From an uncultured Gammaproteobacteria bacterium (GTDB lineage: Bacteria > Pseudomonadota > Gammaproteobacteria > Steroidobacterales > Rariloculaceae): 53,692 nt of DNA. The stretch is from NCBI GenBank assembly GCA_964457725.1, contig CAYWGQ010000005.1:1-53692 (forward strand), given 5' to 3'. A program made the translations under genes and the position numbers. Below are positions 26,649 through 35,977 of the stretch, piece after piece (the stretch's first letter is position 1; the number at the start of each line of letters is the position of its first letter). The notes beneath the pieces are model-generated. The model did not search any database, was not told the DNA's origin, and saw only the letters and a list, made by a program, of their open reading frames with translations.

Positions 26649-29368
26649 CGGGGACGGCGGCCGGCGGACGGCCGCGGATACGGCGACGGGGCGAGCAGCG
26701 CGAGCGAGCGCGCCCGCTCGACGGCCTCCGTGCGCCCGTGCGCGTTCAGCTTCGCGTACAGATGCCGGACGTGGGTCTTGATCGTGTTGGCCGAGACGCC
26801 GAGCTCGCCGCCGATCTCCTTCAGCGACAGGTTCGTCGGCAGATAGCGCAGCACGCGCAGCTCGCTCTCGGTCAGCGGCGCGTCGAGGCGCGCCGACTGC
26901 CCGTCCGGCGCCGCTTTCGCCGCGGCGAGCAAATCCAAGACGGCCGCGACGAGCGCCGCGTGCGCGGTGCCGGATCGCCGCCGGCGCTCCAGCAACGCCG
27001 CGACCGGATGCAGCAGGAACGGCCAGAGCATCCCGTCGGGCTCCGCGAGGTGCAGCGCGCGCTCGAGCGCGCGGTCCGCCGCCGCGGCGTCGCCGAGGCG
27101 CTCGCGCGCGAGCGCCTCGAGCAGCCACGCGTGCAGCCCGTCCCAGGCGCTGTTGACGACCGGGATCGTCCCGTCGAGCACCGGCGCGAGCGTGACCGTC
27201 GCGGCTTGCGCGTCGTCGGCGACGAGCTCGACCCACGCGCGCGCGATCCGCATCTGCGCATCGTCGCGGGCCTGCTCGCCGAGCTCCGCGAACGTTTGCG
27301 CGACGCGCTCGGTCTCGCCGAGCCGCGCGCGGATCGGCAACTCGAGCGCCGCGATCATCGTCGGCCACATCTGCCCCTGCCCGAGGCTCGACGCGAGCCG
27401 CTCGGCCGCCTCGAACGCGCGCAGTGCCTGCCGGTCGCGTCCGCGGACGAGCTCGAGCAGACCGAGGCTCTGATAGTGGAACATCGCGACCGCGGGCTCG
27501 ACCTCCGGCCGCAGCGTGCGCTCGGCGCGCTCGAGCAGGCGCTCGGCCTCCTCGAGCCGGCCGCGCCACACCATCGGCCCGGCGAGCGCCTCGTACGCGA
27601 GCACGACGACCGGCTCGTCGGCCCAGCCGTGCCGCCGCGCGAGCTCGACCGCCTGCTCCGCGCGCGCGACGCCGCGCGCGATCGAGCGGAAGTTCTCGGC
27701 CGCCGCGAGGTGCGCGAGCCCGGTCAGCTCGAGGAACGGCCGCTCGATCCGGCGCGCGAGCGCGACGGCCTGCTCCAAGTGCTGCTTCGCCTCGTCGATC
27801 CGCAGCGCGTTGAACTCGGCCGCGCCGAGGCTGATCAGCGCGAGCGCGCGCAAATCCTCGCCGAGCCCGAGCCGCGTCGCATCGTCCGGCGCGCCCGCCG
27901 GCGCAAGCACGCGCTGCGCTTCCTCGATCGCCGCGGGCAGATCGCTCCGCTGGCGCGCGAGCGACAGCCGCAGCACCGCGAGCATCAGCCGGAAGCGCCG
28001 TCGGCGCTCTGCGCCGACCGACGCGGCCGCCTGCGTCGCGAGCGCGAGGCAGCGCTCGGCCTCCTGCAGGGAGCCGCCGTTCAGCTCGCCCGCGGCCGTG
28101 AGCGCGGTCAGCTCCGCGTTGCTCGCGGCGACACCGGGCGGGAACCGGGAGAGCAGCTCGTAGGCCGTCGCCGCCTGGCCGTCGAGCACGAGCTCGAACC
28201 AGTGGTCCGATAGGAGGCGCGCGGCGAGATCCCAGTCGGCGGCCGCCTGCGCGTGGCGGACGGCCGCGACCGGATGGCCGTGCTCGGCGTACCACGCGGC
28301 GGCGGTCGCATGCAGCGTCGCAACCGACTCCGGCGCCGTCCGCCGCAGCTCGAGCCGCAGGAAATCGGCGAACAACGGGTGATAGCGGAACCAGGTCCTG
28401 CTCGAGTCGAGCGAGACGACGAACGCGTTCGCGTCCTCGAGTTGCTGCAGCAGCGCTTCACCGCCGCTCCGCCCGGTCAGGAGATCCGCGAGCGGCCCGG
28501 AGACGTGCTCGAGGATCGACGTGCGCAACAACAGCCGGCGGACGTCCTCCGGCTGCCGGTCGAGCACCTCGGCGAGCAGATACTCGGCGACGGTCTGCTC
28601 GCTGCCGGAGAAGTCGGCCGCGAACTGGTCCGGATCGTCATGCCGCGCGAGCGACAGCGCAGCGAGCCTGAGCCCGGCGGCCCAGCCTTCGGTTCGCTCG
28701 ACGAGCAGCCCGAGCGCTTCGTTCGACAGCTCGACGCCGGCGCCGCCCATCAGCGCACGCGCTTCGTCGAGCGTGAACCGCAAGTCCTCGCCGCGGATGT
28801 CGGTCAGCTCGCCGTCGAGCCGCAGACGGTGCAAGCCGAGCCGCAAGTCGTGCCGGGTCGCGAGCACGAACCGTACGGTCGCCGGCGCACGCAGCAAGAG
28901 CAGCTCGAGCTGACGCAGCGCCTCGCTCGAGGCGAGCTCGTGCAGATCGTCCAGCAGCAGCCAGAGCGTCGCCTCGAGCGACGCGAAGTCCTCGAGCAGC
29001 CGCTCGACGAGCGCCCAGCCGTCGAACGACGGCGCGGGCGTGAGCGCGCGCACGCGTGCGGCGCCCGGCGCGGTGCGCCGCAGCGCGTCGACGACGCGCG
29101 CCCAGAACTGCTGCGGATCGTGCTCGCCCCGCTGCACGGTCACGCGCGCGGCGCACTCTGCCCGGCCGGTAGCCGCGATCCACGCGCGCAGCAGACAGGT
29201 CTTGCCGCTCCCGGCGGGCGCGGCGAGCACGGTGACGCGGGAGGCGCTGTCCAGAAGACCAAACAGTGCCGGCCGCGGAACGACCCCGCCGGCGGCCGCG
29301 GCCACCCTGGCGGAAATCAGAACCCCCATAGTGTCCGTATGTTCGCATGGCCGCCGCGACGGCTCCAT
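26630..29368 (-). CDS. MalT-like (LAL/STAND) ATP-binding LuxR regulator
   Basis: Walker A APAGSGKT, LLLDDLH, RTEGWAAGL, WFRYHPLF, TPR sensor region, C-terminal HTH LTESELRVL...VSANTIKTHVRHLYAKL. Alternative start 29329. Confidence 0.93.
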   Translation of the reverse strand: MEPSRRPCEHTDTMGVLISARVAAAAGGVVPRPALFGLLDSASRVTVLAAPAGSGKTCLLRAWIAATGRAECAARVTVQRGEHDPQQFWARVVDALRRTAPGAARVRALTPAPSFDGWALVERLLEDFASLEATLWLLLDDLHELASSEALRQLELLLLRAPATVRFVLATRHDLRLGLHRLRLDGELTDIRGEDLRFTLDEARALMGGAGVELSNEALGLLVERTEGWAAGLRLAALSLARHDDPDQFAADFSGSEQTVAEYLLAEVLDRQPEDVRRLLLRTSILEHVSGPLADLLTGRSGGEALLQQLEDANAFVVSLDSSRTWFRYHPLFADFLRLELRRTAPESVATLHATAAAWYAEHGHPVAAVRHAQAAADWDLAARLLSDHWFELVLDGQAATAYELLSRFPPGVAASNAELTALTAAGELNGGSLQEAERCLALATQAAASVGAERRRRFRLMLAVLRLSLARQRSDLPAAIEEAQRVLAPAGAPDDATRLGLGEDLRALALISLGAAEFNALRIDEAKQHLEQAVALARRIERPFLELTGLAHLAAAENFRSIARGVARAEQAVELARRHGWADEPVVVLAYEALAGPMVWRGRLEEAERLLERAERTLRPEVEPAVAMFHYQSLGLLELVRGRDRQALRAFEAAERLASSLGQGQMWPTMIAALELPIRARLGETERVAQTFAELGEQARDDAQMRIARAWVELVADDAQAATVTLAPVLDGTIPVVNSAWDGLHAWLLEALARERLGDAAAADRALERALHLAEPDGMLWPFLLHPVAALLERRRRSGTAHAALVAAVLDLLAAAKAAPDGQSARLDAPLTESELRVLRYLPTNLSLKEIGGELGVSANTIKTHVRHLYAKLNAHGRTEAVERARSLALLAPSPYPRPSAGRRPRLTRFG

Positions 29369-29514
29369 CGCGTGGCGGCGGCGCGACAGGGCGCCGGGCC
29401 GAGCGCGGCTACCGCAGCGCGACGGTTCCCTCCTCGTGATTTCCCGCGGCCGCTAGGCGATCATGGGCTTCGATTGGGGTATGTCCGCACGTTGCGTGCG
29501 GGAGCTGGAGCTAC

Positions 29515-31164
29515 ATGAACGACTTTTCGAACCGCGCGCGGACGCGACTGCTCGCGCTCCTCGCAGCCATGCTCGCCTCGCCCGGAGCGCTCGGCGCGTC
29601 CGCGGCCGACACCGCTGCCTGCGAGGCGCTCGCCGATACGCCGAACCTGACCGTGCTCGCCGCGCGGATCGTCCCCGCGACCGACTCGACGCCCGAGTAC
29701 TGCTACGTGCGCGGGCTGATCCGCCCCGCGATCGGCTTCCACGTGCAGCTGCCGCTGCCGGCAAACTGGAACGGCCGCTTCCTGAAGTACGGCGACGGCG
29801 GCAAGGACGGCGACCTCGACTTCGCCGATCACCGGCTCGCCGAGGGCTACGCCGTCGCGAACAGCAACATGGGGCACGACGCGGGCTCGGAGCCCGGCGC
29901 TTCGTTCGCGCACGACAATCGCCAAGCCGAGATCGATTTCGGCTACCGCGCGGTGCACGTGACCACGAACGCCGCGAAGACGCTGATCCGCGCGTTCTAC
30001 GGCCGCCCGCAGTCGTACTCGTACTTCGAGGGCTGCTCGACGGGCGGCCGCGAAGGCCTGATGGAGGCGCAGCGCTTCCCGGACGATTTCGACGGCATCG
30101 TCGCCGGCGCGCCGGTGCTGCACTACCAGGAGCTGAACGCCGGGCACACTTGGCTGCTGCAGCGCGTCTTTCGGAACGACTTCGCCGGCAATCTCGCGGA
30201 CGACAATGACGGCGACGGCAGCTTCGAGAGCCTCGAGAAGATCGATCTGCTCGCGGACGCGGTCCTGGCCCGCTGCGACGCGAACGACGGCATCGTCGAC
30301 GGCGTGATCGACCATCCGCCGAGCTGCGATTTCGATCCCCAGCGCGACCTCGCCGCGCTGACCTGCGGCTCGGGCTACGGCCAAGGCGCATGCTTCACGC
30401 CGGAGCAGATCGCGACGATCAAGGACTTCTACTCCGGCCCGTACGACAGCCGGGGCCGGCCGATCCTGAAGGGCCGGGCACCGGGCTCCGAGCGCGACTG
30501 GGTGCAATACCTGCCGCACGCCGGCAACGGCCACTATCCCGCGATGCTGCGCGGCGCCGCGGACGGCCACACGGCCTATCTGTTCTACGAGAACGATCCG
30601 GGCATCGCGATCGCGAACCCGGCCGACACGACGCAGGTGCCGCGGCGCGACACGAACCCGCCGGAGCACGCGTGGTGGGAGTTCGACATCGACGACCTGA
30701 CCGCGGGCCTCGGCGACTTCATGAAAGCGATCCTGAACGCCGACGATCCGGACTTGAGCCGCTTCCTCGTCCGCGAAGGCGGCAAGCTGATCCTGTGGCA
30801 CGGCTGGGCCGACGCCGGCGCGCCGCCCGAGCCGACGCTCGATTACTACGAGCAGGTCATCGCGACGACGTTCGACGGCGACCGCGCGCGAGCGATGGAA
30901 AGCACTCGCCTGTTCATGCTCCCGGGCGTCGGCCACTGCCGCGGCGGCGCCGGCCCGGACGAATGGGACCCGCTCGCGCCGCTGGTCGAATGGGTCGAAC
31001 GCGACACCGCGCCGGACCACGTCGTCGCACGTCGCACGCGCGACGGCCGGGTCGTCAACGAGCGCCGCGTCTGCGCCCACCCGCAGCGCGCCGTCTACAT
31101 CGGCCCGGAGGACGGCCGCAACGACCCGGCGAACTGGGTCGAAGCGAACTTCACCTGCCGCTGA
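29515..31164 (+). CDS. Exported tannase/feruloyl esterase family hydrolase
   Basis: Signal peptide; NWNGRF, GCSTGGREG (Cys-Ser), FDGIVAGAP, CDANDGIVDG, WHGWAD, GVGHC (His-Cys). Confidence 0.93.
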   Translation: MNDFSNRARTRLLALLAAMLASPGALGASAADTAACEALADTPNLTVLAARIVPATDSTPEYCYVRGLIRPAIGFHVQLPLPANWNGRFLKYGDGGKDGDLDFADHRLAEGYAVANSNMGHDAGSEPGASFAHDNRQAEIDFGYRAVHVTTNAAKTLIRAFYGRPQSYSYFEGCSTGGREGLMEAQRFPDDFDGIVAGAPVLHYQELNAGHTWLLQRVFRNDFAGNLADDNDGDGSFESLEKIDLLADAVLARCDANDGIVDGVIDHPPSCDFDPQRDLAALTCGSGYGQGACFTPEQIATIKDFYSGPYDSRGRPILKGRAPGSERDWVQYLPHAGNGHYPAMLRGAADGHTAYLFYENDPGIAIANPADTTQVPRRDTNPPEHAWWEFDIDDLTAGLGDFMKAILNADDPDLSRFLVREGGKLILWHGWADAGAPPEPTLDYYEQVIATTFDGDRARAMESTRLFMLPGVGHCRGGAGPDEWDPLAPLVEWVERDTAPDHVVARRTRDGRVVNERRVCAHPQRAVYIGPEDGRNDPANWVEANFTCR

Positions 31165-31248
31165 TCGCCCGCCGGCACGCCGGCGCCTGCGCCGGCTGCC
31201 GCCTTGCCTCCGGCCGCATCGCCGTGCCAGGCGGCGACCTGACCGGCG

Positions 31249-31803
31249 TCAGAGAATGCTGCGGCGGCGCACGACGCGCTGCGCGCGAGACTGCGCTCGC
31301 TCGGCCTCGTCGCGCGTGATCCGCCCGTCCCTGTCCGTGTCGAGGCGCTCGAGCAGCGGGTGCTCCGCCGCGAGAAACTCGCTTTCCGCAATGCGGCCGT
31401 CACCGTCCGAGTCGAGCCGGCGCAGCAGATCCTTGCCGGGCAATGGAGCGTTGCTGAATACCCCGCGCCGCTGCCCGCCCGGCATCGCCGACGGCTCGCG
31501 CGCCAGCACTTCGATCTCCGCGCCCGACAGATAGCCGTCGCCGTCGGCGTCCACGCGGCGAAACACCGCGCGACGCGACTGTTGCAGCTCCTCGCGGTCC
31601 ACGACGCCGTCGCCGTTCGCATCGAGACGCTCGAAGAAGCCGCCCCTCCCATGGCGCGACTGCGCGTCCGCCGCTCCGGTCACGAGCACGAACGACGCCG
31701 ACAAAAGCGCGAGCACGAACGAGCGAGCGCGCGCAGCGCGCCGCCCCGATACGAGCCGAGCGGCAGGAGATCGGGCGACACGCCCGCTGCGGTTCATCGT
31801 CAT
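31249..31803 (-). CDS. Exported EF-hand calcium-binding protein
   Basis: Four EF loops: DANGDGVVDREE, DADGDGYLSGAE, DSDGDGRIAESE, DTDRDGRITRDE; signal peptide. Confidence 0.88.
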   Translation of the reverse strand: MTMNRSGRVARSPAARLVSGRRAARARSFVLALLSASFVLVTGAADAQSRHGRGGFFERLDANGDGVVDREELQQSRRAVFRRVDADGDGYLSGAEIEVLAREPSAMPGGQRRGVFSNAPLPGKDLLRRLDSDGDGRIAESEFLAAEHPLLERLDTDRDGRITRDEAERAQSRAQRVVRRRSIL

Positions 31804-31836
31804 GGGAGCCCTCCGTCGGTGAGTGACGAAGGTACC

Positions 31837-31862
31837 AACGCTCGCGCGCCGCGGCCGTTGAC
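31837..31862 (-). promoter_or_regulatory. Candidate ECF sigma promoter (GTCAAC-N16-CGTT) for the EF-hand gene
   Basis: AAC/CGT core with 16-nt spacer, 33 nt upstream of ATG 31803. Confidence 0.4.
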
Positions 31863-32077
31863 GCGCGGCGGTGGCCGGTGGCCGTCGACGTGCGGCCCTC
31901 GCCGGCGAGCGGCAAGGAACGCTGGGGGAAGCATTCGGTGAAGGGGAGCCGCGCGCAGCGCATGCAGCGCGCGTTTCGTCACGTGCTGCACGTGCTGATC
32001 CGGCGCCTGCGGCGCTTCGAGGATCAGAAGCGAGCGGCGCACGAATCGCCGCGCTTGCGGCGGCCGACGCGGCGAGC

Positions 32078-33310
32078 CTAGCCGTCTCGCAAGCCTATCG
32101 ACGGCTCGAGACGCGCGACGCGGCGGCCGCCGACCGCGGCGGAGGCGGCGGCTGCGAGCAGCGTCAGGGCGAGCGCGGCGGCGAGGTGCCATAGCCGCAG
32201 GCGGCAGACCGGCTGGCCGCCGCCGACGGTCGAGGCGAAGAGCGCGTTCAGCGTGCCCTGCACGATCAGATACACGACGCACGCGACGAGCCACGCGAGC
32301 GCGGCCGTGAAGGCCGCCTGCAGGATCGGGAACCAGACGATCTCGCCGGTGCGGAAGCCGGTGAGCCGCAGCACGCTGAACTCGCGGCGCTTGCGGTCGA
32401 CGTTCGCCCAGACGTTCGACGCGAACGACACGCAGTAGCCGCCGATCGCGATCAGCGCGATGATCCAGTACACGATGCTCAAGTTGCGGTCGAGCGTTTG
32501 CACGAGCGCGATGTCGGCGATGCTCGTCCGCACCTCGATGCCCTGCTCCATCAGCCCCGCGCGCAGCCCGGCGACGTCGTCGATGCCGTCCGCGTACAGG
32601 CGGAAGCCGGCGAACGCGCGCTGCTCCGACCGTGGCGCGGCGCCGTCCCAGCCGAGCGCCGGCACCGCGCGCCCGTCGAGGAAGTCCTCGACGGCAGCGA
32701 GCAGGCTCACGGAGACGAACAAGCCGTCGCGCGCGAACGCGCTGACCGGCGCGATGCCGGCGACCTCGAGCGGCAGCCGCACGGTCTCCTGGCGGCCGCC
32801 GCGCGTGCGCGTCACGAGGCCTTCGACGCGGGCGCCGGCGGCGACGCCGAGCTTCTCGGCCGCGGTCTCGGTCAGCACCGCGTCGTCGAAGCCGTTCGGC
32901 GCGGGCAGCGCGTCGCCGAGCACCGGATCGCCGGCCGCGGACGGCACGAGCTCGACGTCGATGATTCGGCCGACGTCGCTGCCGGGCGCCCGCAGACGGA
33001 TGCTCGCGGCGAGCGAGCGCGTCCGCGGCACGACGAACGCGACGTCGCCCCGCGACGCCATCTCGGCGAACCAGTCCGGTGCGTAGTTGCCGCTCGTGAC
33101 CGGCGCGATCTCGCGGTAGCGCGGATTCTGGACGAGCGGATCGAGCAGGCTCGTGATGATGCCGTACTTCAAGCCGAACAGGACGAGCAGCGGGATCAGC
33201 ACGGCCGCGAGCGCGAGCACCGCGCAGCTCGACATCACCCACTCGTGACGGTAGTCCTGGAGCGCGAGCCGCCCGACGAGCTCGAGCCGCTCGCGCGCGC
33301 CCTTATCCAT
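32078..33310 (-). CDS. ABC permease, FtsX/MacB/LolC topology (TagS-like)
   Basis: One N-terminal TM (LALAAVLIPLLVLFGLKYG), large periplasmic loop, three C-terminal TMs with VDRKRREFSVLRLTG. Confidence 0.88.
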   Translation of the reverse strand: MDKGARERLELVGRLALQDYRHEWVMSSCAVLALAAVLIPLLVLFGLKYGIITSLLDPLVQNPRYREIAPVTSGNYAPDWFAEMASRGDVAFVVPRTRSLAASIRLRAPGSDVGRIIDVELVPSAAGDPVLGDALPAPNGFDDAVLTETAAEKLGVAAGARVEGLVTRTRGGRQETVRLPLEVAGIAPVSAFARDGLFVSVSLLAAVEDFLDGRAVPALGWDGAAPRSEQRAFAGFRLYADGIDDVAGLRAGLMEQGIEVRTSIADIALVQTLDRNLSIVYWIIALIAIGGYCVSFASNVWANVDRKRREFSVLRLTGFRTGEIVWFPILQAAFTAALAWLVACVVYLIVQGTLNALFASTVGGGQPVCRLRLWHLAAALALTLLAAAASAAVGGRRVARLEPSIGLRDG

Positions 33311-34031
33311 TCGTCACCGTGACGGTCATGCCGTGCTCGTCCGCGGACGCGATCTCGTGCCGGATCAGCGCGAAGCCGCCGCGGCGGACGAGGTCGTGCG
33401 CGTGCGTCGCGAAGATCAGCGTGACGCCGAGCTCCTCGGTCAAGGCGATCAGCAGCGCGACGATCCGCTCCGCGTTGACCGGATCGATCGCCGCGGTCGG
33501 CTCGTCCGCGATCACGACCGGCGGCTCGTGCGCGAGCGCCCGCGCGATCGCGGCGCGCTGGCGCTGCCCGACCGACAGCGCCGCCGGCAGCTTGTCGAGC
33601 TGCGGCGCGATGCCGAGCTTCGCGGCGAGCGTCGCGGCGACGTCGCCGCGCGGCAGGCCGAGGAGCTCCCGCGGCAGCTCGAAGTTACGCCGCACGGTCA
33701 GATACGGCAGCAGCCCGCCGTGCTGCAGCACGTAGCCGATATAGCGGCTGCGGAAGTCGCTCAGCCGGTCGGCGTCGCGCGCCTGCCAGATCTCGGCCAC
33801 GTCGTACGTCTCGTGCGGATGCGGGCTGAAGCGGAACGTCTCGCTCGCGGTCGGCTGCAGGATCATCGCGAGCAGCTCGAGCAACGTGCTCTTGCCGGAG
33901 CCGCTCTCGCCGATCAACGCGATCTTGCCGCCGCGGGCTATCTCGAGGCGCCGGATCAGCAGCCGGAATCGCGTTCCGCCGGCATCGTAGGTCTTCTCGA
34001 CGTGGCTGAGCGCGAAGACCGCGTCGCTCAG
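33303..34031 (-). CDS. ABC ATP-binding protein (TagT/LolD-like), probable CTG start
   Basis: GESGSGKST, LSVGQRQR, IADEPT, ATH. The only well-placed start is CTG at 34031, 7 nt after GGAGG and overlapping the upstream TGA. Confidence 0.88.
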   Translation of the reverse strand: MSDAVFALSHVEKTYDAGGTRFRLLIRRLEIARGGKIALIGESGSGKSTLLELLAMILQPTASETFRFSPHPHETYDVAEIWQARDADRLSDFRSRYIGYVLQHGGLLPYLTVRRNFELPRELLGLPRGDVAATLAAKLGIAPQLDKLPAALSVGQRQRAAIARALAHEPPVVIADEPTAAIDPVNAERIVALLIALTEELGVTLIFATHAHDLVRRGGFALIRHEIASADEHGMTVTVTNG

Positions 34032-35974
34032 GGTAAGGCCTCCAGCTCGAGCGGGAAGACCGAGTCGCCGTCGACCGGACCGCCGTCGATCGACACCCAC
34101 AGATCCACGTTGTCGTGCAGCGCGCGGTAGTACGCGACCTTGCCGTCGAGCTGATTGATGAACTCGAACTGCTGCTGCGCCGTCCACTGCTGCCAGTCGC
34201 TCAAGTCGAGGTTCATCACCTCGCTGCGGTACGGCAGGCCTTCGATGTACTCGCGCATGTAGCCGAGCGCCGCGAGGCTCGCGCCGGAGCCCGCGCCCGC
34301 GGCCTGCGCAGCCTCGGGATCCCGGCTGACGATCGCGGCGAGACTGCGCAGCTCCTCGAGGAACCCTTGCGGCGCGAGCGCGCCTTCCTCCGCGCGCTCG
34401 AGGATGCTGCGCAGCACGTCGTGCAGATCGCTCAGCTGGTCGCGCGTCAGCAGCACACGGACGTCGACCGCCCGCTCGCTCGGATCGCTCGGATCGCGGT
34501 CGAGCAGCCACGCGTTGAAGAGCGCGGGCGCGCTCTCGCCGACGCCCGCTTCCCTCAGGTAGTTCATCCGCAGCGCGTAGCCGAGCCGCGCGACCTTCTC
34601 CTGGAACGACGTCAGCGTCGGATCGTCGCCGGTGACGAGCGGCGAGGTGCGCTGCAGCGGCTGGAAACCGGACGCCGCCGCGGCGACCTGCGCGGTCAGC
34701 TGCTCCATCATCGAGACGAGCGCGGTGCCGAACTCGGCCACGTCGCCGGTCTCGATCGGATAGTAGAACGAGCCGATGCCCTCGATGTTCGAGAGCGCGC
34801 GGTATTCGCGCTCCGCGAACTCGTGATCCTGGTTGCGCTCGCCGGACGGCGTCTTCAGGTGGATCACCCACGGCGAGATGCCGCGATCGACCAGCATCTG
34901 CCGGACCTCGGCCGTGTCGAGCCCGGTGCCGGAGAGCGGATCGCTGCCGAGGCGCGGTCCCGCGTCCGTGATCAGGATCACGTAGCGCGCGAAATAGCCC
35001 TCCCAATCGATCTCGTCGATCGCCTGCGCGATGCCCGCGTACGGATCCTCGTTGAAGCCCTGGCTCGAGACGGTCGCCGCGTTCACGTCGCCGACGCGGC
35101 TCAGGAACTGCTCCGCGCTGCCGGTCAGATCCGCGTACACGCGCGAGACGTACTGCAGCCCCGGCACGGCCGACGTGTTGTCGCGGAACGCGACGAGCCC
35201 GTAGCCGACGCGATCCGACAGGCCCGCCGCCTCGATCTGGCCGTACACCTCGCGCATGATGTCACGCGTGCGCTCGATGTAGGGCTGCATCGACAGCGTC
35301 GCGTCGATCACGAACACGATGCCGGCGCGATACGGATCCTGCCCTTCCGGGTAGCGGAGCGGCACGCTCGCAACCTGCAGCAGCCGCGCCGGATAGTCGC
35401 CGACGAGCACGTCCTCGTGGCTCAGGATCGGCACCAAGTAGAAGTTCCGGCGGATGTCGATGAAGCCCTCGGGCTGGATCGCCGCGACCGGCGTGCCGGC
35501 CACGTCGCCGGCGATCGCGCGCTCGCGGAGCGCCTCGTACCCCGCGACGTCGTTCTGCTCGGCGATCGCCGCGAGCGCGTCGCGCTCCCCGAACAGCAGC
35601 ACGCGGGGCCGCTGGGCCGGGTCCCGGAAACCGACCGTCAGCGTCTGCCGCCACTCGACGGCCTGCTCCGCCGGCAACCAGCCGCGCACGTCGCCGACGC
35701 TGTCGAGGCCGACCTGGAGCCACGGCGTGCCCCCGATCGTCTCGCGTGCATAGACGTAGAACACGGTGAACGGCGTGACGGGCTGGCGCGGCGCGTCGGC
35801 GCGGGCCGGCTCGTCGACGAGCGCGGCGCCCGGCACGGCGATCACGCGCTGATAGAGCGCGCGCTTGCCTTCGACGAGTAACGGCCGCGTCTGCTGAGCC
35901 GCGGCGAAATCGATCGGCGCCGCCGCGACCAGCACGGCCGCAAGAACGGCGAAAACACTACGGCGCGGTCGCAT
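34028..35974 (-). CDS. Exported vWA-domain protein resembling the periplasmic part of T6SS kinase PpkA, with no kinase domain
   Basis: Signal peptide, then PLLVEGKRALYQRV; MIDAS-like FVIDATLSM and LITDAG; VLLTRDQLSDL, YIEGLPYRS, terminal FPLELEALP. Confidence 0.82.
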   Translation of the reverse strand: MRPRRSVFAVLAAVLVAAAPIDFAAAQQTRPLLVEGKRALYQRVIAVPGAALVDEPARADAPRQPVTPFTVFYVYARETIGGTPWLQVGLDSVGDVRGWLPAEQAVEWRQTLTVGFRDPAQRPRVLLFGERDALAAIAEQNDVAGYEALRERAIAGDVAGTPVAAIQPEGFIDIRRNFYLVPILSHEDVLVGDYPARLLQVASVPLRYPEGQDPYRAGIVFVIDATLSMQPYIERTRDIMREVYGQIEAAGLSDRVGYGLVAFRDNTSAVPGLQYVSRVYADLTGSAEQFLSRVGDVNAATVSSQGFNEDPYAGIAQAIDEIDWEGYFARYVILITDAGPRLGSDPLSGTGLDTAEVRQMLVDRGISPWVIHLKTPSGERNQDHEFAEREYRALSNIEGIGSFYYPIETGDVAEFGTALVSMMEQLTAQVAAAASGFQPLQRTSPLVTGDDPTLTSFQEKVARLGYALRMNYLREAGVGESAPALFNAWLLDRDPSDPSERAVDVRVLLTRDQLSDLHDVLRSILERAEEGALAPQGFLEELRSLAAIVSRDPEAAQAAGAGSGASLAALGYMREYIEGLPYRSEVMNLDLSDWQQWTAQQQFEFINQLDGKVAYYRALHDNVDLWVSIDGGPVDGDSVFPLELEALP

Positions 35975-35977
35975 CGG

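Noticed and set aside
31962-32081. 39-aa basic ORF MQRAFRHVLHVLIRRL...
   Set aside because: Short, SD poorly spaced, no recognisable family, and it overlaps the permease stop; insufficient support.
33303-35006. Programmed frameshift or fusion between the vWA gene and the ABC ATPase
   Set aside because: The vWA protein is exported and ends with a normal C-terminus; no slippery site is visible, and SD plus CTG explains the junction more simply.
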